Virus record (IMG/VR): IMGVR_UViG_3300028374_000002
Span: 128,001-192,000 of that record
Origin: a virus
Lineage: Duplodnaviria > Caudoviricetes
Reading direction: 5' to 3' (one strand)
Length of the DNA: 64,000 nucleotides
In this document: positions 1 to 8,637 of the stretch, in pieces
Layout: each line of letters opens with the position of its first letter
How positions within the stretch are numbered: the stretch's first letter is position 1
Program-made: the position numbers and the translations under genes
The notes under the pieces: model-generated
What the model saw: the letters and a program-made list of their open reading frames with translations, nothing else
What the model was told of the DNA's origin: nothing
The model's database searches: none

Positions 1-57
1 TAATAAAGCAAGAATAATTATTTAATATATAAGCTATACAAAAAATTACATAATATT

Positions 58-294
58 ATGAAAAATATAAAAAAGTTTGAAGCATTTGTACAACAAAGTA
101 GTCCTAATAGACAACCAGAGGTTGATCCAGGTGTAAAACCAGGCAGAAGGATTAGTCCATCTAAACCAGGACCAATTAGAAGAGATAAGCCAGGAGTTAG
201 ACCAAGTCCTAAAGCTAGTGAAAAAGAACCAGTTAAAGCAACTGAGAAAGACGTTATAAATAAGTTCGTTGAATTAACAAACCAAAAAAAATAA
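58..294 (+). CDS. Small Pro/Lys/Arg-rich protein with N-terminal MKxIKxFExF motif (candidate internal head protein)
   Basis: 78-aa ORF MKNIKKFEAF..., downstream of TAATATATA (23-31); PxRR/PGPIRR-rich. Confidence 0.6.
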   Translation: MKNIKKFEAFVQQSSPNRQPEVDPGVKPGRRISPSKPGPIRRDKPGVRPSPKASEKEPVKATEKDVINKFVELTNQKK

Positions 295-300
295 AAAAAA

Positions 301-1791
301 ATGATTAAAAAATTTGATAAATTCCTAGAGGAAGTTAGTATTGAAGGAAACCCTGGCATACCAGGCGAAGGTGGTAAGCAAGAAGGAGATGTAGATTATC
401 TAAAAAATATGGAACGAGATGCCAGAGCTAAGTATGGTGCTGGTGCTGGTGAAAATCCTGGACCACATATTGGAAGAATAATGGGATTAGTTGGACAGTC
501 GTCTAGACTCATTATACCACATAAAGAAGCATTAGAACAATTGGCTGAAAAGGTCATAAGAAATGAATTTGGTGATATTCTAGATGGTGTTGATTTAGAT
601 ATAAAATTTGCAGAATCTGGTGATGATGTTGCAAAATTTATGAGTGAAGAAGATGAAGAAGAGGAAGATGAAGAAAAAATGCAAGAGATAAAAGACAAAG
701 ACCTTATTAATAAGATACATAAGGCTAAACTTGCCAATGTATTAATACAAGGGGAAGCCAAGAATACAAAACACATTCTTAATTTACCAGAAGTAAAAGA
801 AGAAATAGATATTATTTTTGGCAATAATTCAGATAGAATATTAAAAATTTGGAATGATATTACTAAGCTAGCAGAGAGATTAGATTGGTTAATACCAGTA
901 GATGCGAAAGCTAATATGATGGAAAACCAACCTGGTGGGATGGCTGGTGCTGTAAAGGTTGACTGGGTAAAGAAGGAAAAGAAAGAAGAAGAAGAGGAAG
1001 AAGAATTAGATATAGACAAAATTATAGGTAGTGATGAGGATGAAGTGGAAGAAGATATGGATGTTGAATACACACCTACTATAAAGGCTAGGGGTATAGA
1101 CTTCCCAATGCTATTACATGAAGCGGTTAAGGGTATATTAGAACTTATAGCATCGATTTATCAACCAGGTGAAGGAGCTAGTGAAAAGGAAATGTCTGAT
1201 GCTAGGACTGTGAAATTTAACGTGTCTACTTTTCAGGATGAAGCAGAGGATTTTAGAACTGGACCAGAGGTTGCTAGTGCTTTAAGAGATTTTATAAACG
1301 AGAGTCCTAGGGCTAGTTATAGTAGAGTTATGAGACTTTATGTTTATGGTAAAATGTTAGATCCTAATTATATGACAGAAGAGCAATTTCTTAAATTATT
1401 TAGAGGTATTCTTAACGGAAGTAGTGATGCTAGAACAAAAGTAGATCAGATTGTTAATGAAATAGTTTCTGAATTAAAAGAATATGAGTCTGGTGAAGTT
1501 ATAGGACATGATGACAAGGATGATGATTCAGGTTTAGATTATGATGCACTTGGGATGACGAAGCCCGATGAAAGTGAGCAGTCTGACTATGACAGAGAAG
1601 ATTTAGATTCTATGTCAGAAAAAGATTTATTAGCACTAATGGACGATGCTTTGGATTCTGGTAATACTAAGAGAATGGAAGATATTGGTTCTGTTTTGAA
1701 ACAATTTTATAACGAGAGTATTACTACACAGATTTACTTAAAAGAATTAAATATGATTAAGGAAAACCACCAATATAGAAATAAAAAATAA
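301..1791 (+). CDS. Hypothetical acidic protein (poly-Glu tracts), N-terminal MIKKFDKFLEE motif
   Basis: 496-aa ORF with an A-rich start context; no family recognised. Confidence 0.7.
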   Translation: MIKKFDKFLEEVSIEGNPGIPGEGGKQEGDVDYLKNMERDARAKYGAGAGENPGPHIGRIMGLVGQSSRLIIPHKEALEQLAEKVIRNEFGDILDGVDLDIKFAESGDDVAKFMSEEDEEEEDEEKMQEIKDKDLINKIHKAKLANVLIQGEAKNTKHILNLPEVKEEIDIIFGNNSDRILKIWNDITKLAERLDWLIPVDAKANMMENQPGGMAGAVKVDWVKKEKKEEEEEEELDIDKIIGSDEDEVEEDMDVEYTPTIKARGIDFPMLLHEAVKGILELIASIYQPGEGASEKEMSDARTVKFNVSTFQDEAEDFRTGPEVASALRDFINESPRASYSRVMRLYVYGKMLDPNYMTEEQFLKLFRGILNGSSDARTKVDQIVNEIVSELKEYESGEVIGHDDKDDDSGLDYDALGMTKPDESEQSDYDREDLDSMSEKDLLALMDDALDSGNTKRMEDIGSVLKQFYNESITTQIYLKELNMIKENHQYRNKK

Positions 1792-1796
1792 TAAAA

Positions 1797-3842
1797 ATGA
1801 AAGTACATAATTACAAAGGTTTTAGAAATGAAAGCAAACACGAAGTATTAGAACCTATAAACGAAAACTTAGATAGGGCTAAAAAGCTTATAAAGGAAAG
1901 AGAGACTATTAAAATAGCAGCAAAAGAACTTAACTTACTTTCTGATGATTTAAAATATAAGATGGAAGAGGGTGATATAATTACACTTAGGTTAGAAGAT
2001 TTCCCTAGAGAAAGTAGAGGAGATTTAGCTTATAAGATGAAAGGTGTTAAGATGAAGCCAGATGAACTTAAACAACTTGAAAAGAGTCCTACTTTTAAAG
2101 AACTGAGAGAGATTGTTGGGCAAAAGAACCTTGGATTCATGTACAACTTTGCATATATGTTTTATATAGAAAAAGCACCATTAGAGGATCTTAGAGATTT
2201 ATCAGATAAGTTAAAAGAATACAAGAGTTTGCTTCCTAGGTTATCAAAAATGCCAGAAATTGGTAGAAATTTTGATGCTAATTTTATCGATGATACTTAT
2301 ATAGATAATAGCACACCAGATACCGAAAGACCACTCACAAATTTTGAGACAATAACTGATGCTATGACAGAACTTGGGAAGTATAAAAGAGTTAAGATTG
2401 TACTAGATAGTTTGCCCAAAAAGATGAGAGATCAGTATGATACTGCACCAAAACTATTGAAGAATGACATGGATGAAATTGCTAGGGGATTTCTTGAAAC
2501 TGTTAGTGATGATGAAAAAGTTAGGGCTAAAGTTTGGCGGAATTTCTTTGGGGGTATGATAGAAGACACATATAAATTTACAACAGATGGTGATATTAAT
2601 CCTACATTTGGTAAAATGGTATATTCAAGTCGTATTAAAAAGTTTGAAAAAGAGCCAAATCCATTAAAAGCTTTTATAATAGATGCTAAAAAACATCTCA
2701 AAACATCAGTAGTTAATATTGATGAGCGTGAATCTAGGCTTAAAATCATAAAAAAAACAAATGATAGATTTGGACAAATGGGATGTGAATTGATTTTGGA
2801 TGATAGTGGTATAATCATTGTCATTGTGTTTTCATTCCCAGCTAATAATATGTTAAACGCACATGCTGGAGACCACTGTATAGTTAGTGCACAACACCAC
2901 TGGAATCACTATGTTGGTGAGTTTAATAAACAATATTATATCTATAACACCAACATAAGCAAAGTAGAAAATTTATCTACAATAGGTGTTAGTATTGAGC
3001 CCGATCAAGGTATAAGTTCTGCTGCTTGTCAAGATGTTCAAAATAATCCCATACGTAATAGATTTAGAGCTATTCTTAACTCATGGGAGAATGAATATGA
3101 CTTAGATTACAAGCTATTTGATATATTACAACCAATGAGTGAAGAAGAAGTAGATAAAAGAAAGAGAGCAAAAGAAGCAGATAGAGAAATAATAAAAAAG
3201 GGATTATCAATAGATGATATCAAAAGGCTTGTAACAGAAGATGGTGCTGACATTAATAAAAATTCCTCACAAGCCTTAATTAATGCAACTGAAGATGGTG
3301 ATTATGAGAAAATTAAACTATGCTTAGAGTATGGTGCATCACCTAATCTAGCATCTGGATCAAATGCAGCAATATCAAAAGCAAAAGACTTTGATACTGT
3401 TAAGTTACTTGTTAGCTATGGTTCGGATTTAACCACTAATGTACTTAAAGGAATAATAAATAATCCAGAGGCTCTACAATACTGTTTTGATGCTGGATTA
3501 GATCCTAATATGTCTAACTCAAGACCATTAAGAGAATGTATTAAAGGAACCTGGAAAAGCAAAGAAAACTTAGGCGATGCATACGTAGAATCTGCTAAGG
3601 TAATATTAGACCAACCAGAGGTAATAGAAAATGTTAAGAGAACAATAGATATTATGATTAAATACGCAGTTAATTATGGCAGAATTGGTATATTAGAATT
3701 GATGAAAAGAAAAGGCTTATTTACTAAATTAACCAACGAACAAGTAGAAACCTATGAAAAATGGCTTGAACAAGGTGGGAGAATAACACCAGAGTTAGCA
3801 GATGAAGTTCTTGAATATATATCCAAAAATATGTATGAGTAG
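1797..3842 (+). CDS. Large protein with C-terminal ankyrin repeats
   Basis: GADINKNSSQALINATEDGDYEKIKLCLEYGASPN and following units match the ankyrin consensus (GAxxN...AL..A...G...vkLLlxxGA). Confidence 0.7.
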   Translation: MKVHNYKGFRNESKHEVLEPINENLDRAKKLIKERETIKIAAKELNLLSDDLKYKMEEGDIITLRLEDFPRESRGDLAYKMKGVKMKPDELKQLEKSPTFKELREIVGQKNLGFMYNFAYMFYIEKAPLEDLRDLSDKLKEYKSLLPRLSKMPEIGRNFDANFIDDTYIDNSTPDTERPLTNFETITDAMTELGKYKRVKIVLDSLPKKMRDQYDTAPKLLKNDMDEIARGFLETVSDDEKVRAKVWRNFFGGMIEDTYKFTTDGDINPTFGKMVYSSRIKKFEKEPNPLKAFIIDAKKHLKTSVVNIDERESRLKIIKKTNDRFGQMGCELILDDSGIIIVIVFSFPANNMLNAHAGDHCIVSAQHHWNHYVGEFNKQYYIYNTNISKVENLSTIGVSIEPDQGISSAACQDVQNNPIRNRFRAILNSWENEYDLDYKLFDILQPMSEEEVDKRKRAKEADREIIKKGLSIDDIKRLVTEDGADINKNSSQALINATEDGDYEKIKLCLEYGASPNLASGSNAAISKAKDFDTVKLLVSYGSDLTTNVLKGIINNPEALQYCFDAGLDPNMSNSRPLRECIKGTWKSKENLGDAYVESAKVILDQPEVIENVKRTIDIMIKYAVNYGRIGILELMKRKGLFTKLTNEQVETYEKWLEQGGRITPELADEVLEYISKNMYE

Positions 3843-3859
3843 AAACTCTATATTAAAAT

Positions 3860-3888
3860 AAAAAACTCACATTAAATGTGAGTTTTTT
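3860..3888. terminator. Bidirectional terminator between convergent genes
   Basis: AAAAAACTCACATT-A-AATGTGAGTTTTTT. Confidence 0.7.
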
Positions 3889-4592
3889 TGTTCTAGTACC
3901 TTATATATGAGGTAAGCATCATTACAATCCTCATATGGCTTGTTTATAGATTTAACAGATGTTAAATCATCTTTTACATATTTACAGTGTTTGTACCAAT
4001 AATCATCAAACCTTTCATTCTCAACTATTGCCAAGTACATATCTGGTTTTTGAAAATTACCACCTGATATGCCTATTTTATTTCTCCATTTGTAATCAGT
4101 TCTAGGATTCTTACCACCAATTTCCCTTACTATAGGCTCATAAGTTAGTTTACAAGACTCTAGTTTTAAAGTGCTAGGTGACATAACAAAAATATTATTA
4201 GAAACTTTATCAAACAACTTCTTCCTAAGAAGTGTGGAGAATGCAACTAAGTCCACTAGGTCTCCAACTTTTGATCCAAAATTAAATCCTTCTATCCCTA
4301 TTTCAGTTGGTTCGTCTATGTCTATATTTTCTAAAATATCATCTATTATAGTATCTGTTATTCTATCATAGTCTTTTAATTTAGTAAGTTCACCTTCAGA
4401 ATAGTCTCCAAATTCACGGTATTCAACAAATCTATATATGACATGTTCTTCTGCCATCTTAAACCACTTTTTCATTCCCTTCTTACCATATACATCCCTT
4501 TCTCTAGTATAATTGTATATTTTAAATGTGTCTTTATTAGATACTACCATACCTGTTGATATAAGACTAGGGTCTATTGCTACATAATTCAT
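3867..4592 (-). CDS. RuvC-like Holliday junction resolvase / RNase H-fold nuclease
   Basis: N-terminal YVAIDPSLISTG, central IGIEG and C-terminal DCNDAY acidic motifs. Confidence 0.75.
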   Translation of the reverse strand: MNYVAIDPSLISTGMVVSNKDTFKIYNYTRERDVYGKKGMKKWFKMAEEHVIYRFVEYREFGDYSEGELTKLKDYDRITDTIIDDILENIDIDEPTEIGIEGFNFGSKVGDLVDLVAFSTLLRKKLFDKVSNNIFVMSPSTLKLESCKLTYEPIVREIGGKNPRTDYKWRNKIGISGGNFQKPDMYLAIVENERFDDYWYKHCKYVKDDLTSVKSINKPYEDCNDAYLIYKVLEQKNSHLM

Positions 4593-4662
4593 ACATTATA
4601 TATTAATATATACCCTTCCCTGTGTTGTGTATTAATTAAATTACTATATTTGTGAAAAAAAT

Positions 4663-5142
4663 ATGATTATGTCGTTGTTGTTGAGCATTGTGGTTCTTAT
4701 ACTATCATTTATATTTTCTATATACCAAAAAAGAAGAGTAAGCATATTATCAGATATAATGATGGGTAAGAATTGTTATTCGTGTAAGAAAAGAATACAC
4801 GACACAGATGAAGATTATATGACACATATTGTAGCAATAGGTTATGATTTCAAATATACTATGTGTGATTCTTGTATTAGACACAAAAAGTTAATAAGGC
4901 TAAAGAGTGTATATTATAGAATCAAGCCTAATTTAAATGAATTTCTGATAAAAAAATATGATAAGAAATCTCCTAAAATATTTTATATATCACTAGGTTT
5001 TATTTTATTGGCAGTTGTGTTATCATTTGTATTTGATATTTTTTGGATTATGTTAGTACTTATCCAATTATTTGTTATGTTTGTGTCAATTATTATGTAC
5101 TATAGGTCATACTTGACTACAATTAAAAAAACCCCATCTTAG
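4663..5142 (+). CDS. Membrane protein with CxxC...CxxC motif
   Basis: Hydrophobic N- and C-terminal segments, CYSC and CDSC; TATATTTG at 4645-4652 upstream. Confidence 0.55.
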   Translation: MIMSLLLSIVVLILSFIFSIYQKRRVSILSDIMMGKNCYSCKKRIHDTDEDYMTHIVAIGYDFKYTMCDSCIRHKKLIRLKSVYYRIKPNLNEFLIKKYDKKSPKIFYISLGFILLAVVLSFVFDIFWIMLVLIQLFVMFVSIIMYYRSYLTTIKKTPS

Positions 5143-5156
5143 AGATGAGGTTTTTT
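5125..5156. terminator. Bidirectional terminator before the uvsX 3' end
   Basis: AAAAAAACCCCATCT...AGATGAGGTTTTTT. Confidence 0.65.
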
Positions 5157-5211
5157 GGGGCTGACTTGATTTGTCCACCTTCCACCAACTTATTTAATAT
5201 AAGTTTATTAT

Positions 5212-6441
5212 TTATCCAAATAAATCTTCTGCATCAGTTGCATCTGAGAATCCATCTGTATCATCATCATCAGCAGCATCGTTAATAGTCTTATTGAATT
5301 CTTTTTCAGTTTCTTCTATCTCATCCATAGATTTGAATCTAAAATAATCATTAACAATAGGATTCATTATCTCCAATATTTCATCTGTGAAGATATTTGC
5401 TTTATGTAATTTTTTAAGGAAAAATGATTTATCTAAATGCCTCACGTAGTATTTATTACCACCTGGTTTAAATGATAGCTCACCTGTATCCTTATCAACT
5501 TCCATCTTACCCTTGGCTATTCCTATCTCTTTAAAGTATTCAGGTCTACAGAACGCTTCTAAGCCAGTATATGGATTCATACCATCTACGAACGAAATAT
5601 CAAATCTTATTTTCTTAGGCTTAGCTAATCTATTTTTGCTAGTTTTAAAGAGAACGTTGATACCAGATTGTCCAAGATCCATATCATCCTCATCACCAGT
5701 TTTTAACTTAGACTTAGATAAGAATCCAATAACAGATGCAGAATATAAAAGTCCATTACCACCTCTTAACATCTCTTTTGGGAACATGTCTAGTGTTCTG
5801 TATGTTTGGTTTATAACTAGAAATGGTATTTTTAAAATACCTAAATCTGTATTTAAACTTCTAAACATAGAACTTAAGGCTTTTGCCTTTGTCATATCTT
5901 GTTTTATATCACCTTTTAATAAATCTAGCTTCTCTTTATTAGATGCCATTTGACCTAGTGAATCCAATACTAGAAGTATTTTGGGTAGATTGCTCCCAGC
6001 CATCTTTTGGTCTTTTAAGTCATCAACAAGCTGTGTTAATGTCATATTTATATCTTCGACTTTATTAGACCTAATAAGTCTAAATTTATCTAGATTGGTG
6101 TCTATGCCATAATTCGATAAATCTTGTAAGTCTATAGATTGTTCTGTGTCTATATAAATACATGAATATCCTAGTTTCTGTGCATTCTTCACAACAGAGT
6201 ATGCTAAAAAGGATTTACCAGATCCAGACTCCCCTGCAAATGCAGAAATTCTGTTAGTAGGTATACCACCGTTTAACATATGTGCTGAAAGTGCAGCATC
6301 TAGGATATATACACCAGTAGAAATAAAACTTCTTTCTTCTATTTCTTTCTCAATGTAAATAGGAACTTTCTTTGAAATATTATCTAGTATAGTTCCTACT
6401 TTACTAAATTCGAAATCTTTATTGCTTTTTTTCTTCGCCAT
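5212..6441 (-). CDS. uvsX: RecA/UvsX-like recombinase
   Basis: Walker A GESGSGKS, YIDTEQS, VLDSLG, GGNGLLYSAS; phage UvsX-like length. Confidence 0.9.
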   Translation of the reverse strand: MAKKKSNKDFEFSKVGTILDNISKKVPIYIEKEIEERSFISTGVYILDAALSAHMLNGGIPTNRISAFAGESGSGKSFLAYSVVKNAQKLGYSCIYIDTEQSIDLQDLSNYGIDTNLDKFRLIRSNKVEDINMTLTQLVDDLKDQKMAGSNLPKILLVLDSLGQMASNKEKLDLLKGDIKQDMTKAKALSSMFRSLNTDLGILKIPFLVINQTYRTLDMFPKEMLRGGNGLLYSASVIGFLSKSKLKTGDEDDMDLGQSGINVLFKTSKNRLAKPKKIRFDISFVDGMNPYTGLEAFCRPEYFKEIGIAKGKMEVDKDTGELSFKPGGNKYYVRHLDKSFFLKKLHKANIFTDEILEIMNPIVNDYFRFKSMDEIEETEKEFNKTINDAADDDDTDGFSDATDAEDLFG

Positions 6442-6505
6442 ATTAAAAATGTTTTTTATTTATATACCAAATATTCTGTTTTGTTTGGAAATTTGTGTTA
6501 AATAA

Positions 6506-7006
6506 TCAAAAGAATATTTGCTCTAATCCTTTCTTACCATTCCCAGTTATCTCATCTCTTACATCCATTATCATCTTGCCTAGCATATTCTTACCATCTA
6601 TATTTTTGCACTTATCACAAAAACAAGATCCAAAATAGTTATCATGCCACCAATTGCCCTCTACTAACTCTTGATTACCAGTTGCAATTAGTTTACGCCT
6701 TAACTCTTTATTCTTAAATTTTTCAGTTATCCCAAACTTCATTACAATAAACCTATATTGCTTCCAATCATTTCTAGGCTTTATAGATTCTCCAACCTTT
6801 TTCACTAAACTAGCATTATCTAACTCAGATACCATTACTCTAAATTCATTTACAGTATATCTTTTCTTCTGAAACAAAACACTAGTATTTACTTTCATAG
6901 CTATATAATAATGCTCAACACTAGAATATATTATATCATCTTCCACTATCTCACATGGGTAGAAGTTAGACAAAAAGTGATTATCCCCTCTAAATACTCC
7001 AATCAT
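6506..7006 (-). CDS. NADAR (YbiA-like) family hydrolase
   Basis: FLSNFY, SVEHYY.A.K, KF...L..TG..ELVEGNWWHDNYFG, GKNMLGK..M.VR motifs. Confidence 0.85.
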   Translation of the reverse strand: MIGVFRGDNHFLSNFYPCEIVEDDIIYSSVEHYYIAMKVNTSVLFQKKRYTVNEFRVMVSELDNASLVKKVGESIKPRNDWKQYRFIVMKFGITEKFKNKELRRKLIATGNQELVEGNWWHDNYFGSCFCDKCKNIDGKNMLGKMIMDVRDEITGNGKKGLEQIFF

Positions 7007-7025
7007 AATTTATTTATTTATTTGT

Positions 7026-7355
7026 TTAAAAAAAGTCATAGTTGGCACCAACATATCTTGGTGTGTATCTCTTATCATATCCATTTATCTCTCTATTAAT
7101 ATCTTGCTTTGCTTTTTGTCTCTCTGTCCTATTAAGTTTTTTTCTAAACCATTTAGGAGCAACAGACCTATTGCTAAAGTTGTTACAACCTTCTGTGTAT
7201 AAAAAGTAAACTTTATTCGATATAACTGATGCCTCAGAGTGTGTTGAATATGATTTATCCCATGTATATGGTGTCCTTCCAAATCTAAGATACTCATCAT
7301 ATATAGCTAATGATATATTGTACTTATCTCTGAAAAAGTGTTTATTATGCTTCAT
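7026..7355 (-). CDS. Hypothetical protein (start reassigned to MKHNKH at 7355)
   Basis: The upstream part of the 7026-7427 ORF overlaps the tmRNA 3' end and its terminator. Confidence 0.55.
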   Translation of the reverse strand: MKHNKHFFRDKYNISLAIYDEYLRFGRTPYTWDKSYSTHSEASVISNKVYFLYTEGCNNFSNRSVAPKWFRKKLNRTERQKAKQDINREINGYDKRYTPRYVGANYDFF

Positions 7356-7368
7356 TTTTAATATGAAT

Positions 7369-7394
7369 AAAAAACCCATCATTAGATGGGTTTT
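7369..7394 (-). terminator. Intrinsic terminator after tmRNA
   Basis: AAAACCCATC-ATTA-GATGGGTTTT hairpin. Confidence 0.7.
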
Positions 7395-7400
7395 ATTTTG

Positions 7401-7774
7401 TGGAGAAGATGGTGTACCGCCCACCATGTCTTCAACAGTTATTAATAACTAATCATTTACAAGTTTATTTAGTTTTTCTAAACTAAAAAAATATATAATC
7501 TTTTTGATAAACTCTAAAAATTATTAAAAAACTGTTCCATATTTTTAATTGTATAGTGCCAATTGCAGATTTTTTAGAAACTACTGTTATGCAGTTGCTA
7601 GATCCTCTACTTGGATCATGTTGTTTTGTAGAGTCGCTACTAAATCTTCACGAGTTCCTACTTTGTTTACGTTTCCGTTTAAAAAATTTGTATTTTAATT
7701 TATTAATCGGGTAAATAACAATCCGATACTTGCATAGTTGCTAATTCACCATAAATCAATTCTAGAACTTCCCC
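7401..7774 (-). ncRNA. ssrA: tmRNA (one-piece), tag about (A)GNVNKVGTREDLVATLQNNMIQVEDLATA*
   Basis: 5' GGGGAAG pairs with 3' CTTCTCC-A (G3:U wobble, discriminator A). GAC-ATGGTG/CACCAT T-arm. PK1-type pseudoknot ATCGG/CCGAT plus TTATT/AATAA. Tag ORF 7676-7587 ends LATA. About 374 nt. Confidence 0.9.
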
Positions 7775-7785
7775 ATAGTATTTTA

Positions 7786-7800
7786 CAAATATATATATTA
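7786..7800 (-). promoter_or_regulatory. Overlapping late-type (TAATATATA) and Bacteroidota -7 (TATATTTG) promoter motifs for tmRNA
   Basis: Minus strand reads TAATATATATATTTG, ending 11 nt before the tmRNA 5' G. Confidence 0.6.
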
Positions 7801-7811
7801 TATATGAAATA

Positions 7812-8615
7812 TCAAAAAAGTTTAACTTTTTTAAAACTATTGAAAGATTTCATATATTTTAAATTTTCTGATATGTTCCCAATTGGTATACCTTCCCAGT
7901 CTATAGACACACATGCACTTGCTAGTGATTCTAGAAATGATATATTTTGCTTTTCATCCGTAGTATGTTCATTATAATAACCAACAGAAATATTAGTACA
8001 CTCCTTTATCTTACCAATGAACGATGCAGAATCACTATAAACGCCACTGTCATCTAAATTAAATTTAAGGCCATTTTCTAAGAATGTATCTTTTAATCTA
8101 TTAGCAAAAACATCACTACAACACCTCTCTTTACTTTGATGTGTTACTATAGAGTCTATACCACGCCTATCAAAGCTCACACACTTAGTTATATGGTCTA
8201 GGTGTCTATTACTGTCAAAAGAATTAGATAAGGCACTAGAGCCTATCACACCAACTTCTTCGCCTATGAAGAAGTAATATAACCCAACCACACCCCTTTC
8301 TATCATATATAGCATCAATGTAACACCTGCCTTATCATCAGCCCCTAAAATTGTATTAGTTGAGAACACATAATCATTCCCTTCTATATTTTTAACAAAA
8401 GGATTTGTATTAACTTGCTCCTTGCCATAATTATCCAAATGTGAATTAAACATTGTACTAGGCTTATCACCAACCACTTTATAATAATTCCCAAACTCAT
8501 CCTTTTCCAATTGGGGCAATATATTTAGTAAATCTTCCTCAGTAGAATGAGGATGTGTTTTATCAACTAATTTTAAAAATGTTTTTCTAATGTCGTTATA
8601 ATTTGTATTATTCAT
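7812..8615 (-). CDS. M28/M20-clan zinc peptidase
   Basis: SHLD, LGADDKAGV, FIGEEVG..GS, SFDRRG and YYNEHT metal-ligand motifs. Confidence 0.8.
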   Translation of the reverse strand: MNNTNYNDIRKTFLKLVDKTHPHSTEEDLLNILPQLEKDEFGNYYKVVGDKPSTMFNSHLDNYGKEQVNTNPFVKNIEGNDYVFSTNTILGADDKAGVTLMLYMIERGVVGLYYFFIGEEVGVIGSSALSNSFDSNRHLDHITKCVSFDRRGIDSIVTHQSKERCCSDVFANRLKDTFLENGLKFNLDDSGVYSDSASFIGKIKECTNISVGYYNEHTTDEKQNISFLESLASACVSIDWEGIPIGNISENLKYMKSFNSFKKVKLF

Positions 8616-8637
8616 ATAGTATATATTAATTTAAGAA

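Noticed and set aside
7356-7427. N-terminal extension of ORF 7026-7427
   Set aside because: It overlaps the tmRNA T-arm, acceptor stem and terminator; ATG 7355 is the plausible start.
7401-7440. Stand-alone tRNA gene
   Set aside because: There is no anticodon arm; the structure is the tRNA-like domain of tmRNA. No tRNA genes were recognised in the window.
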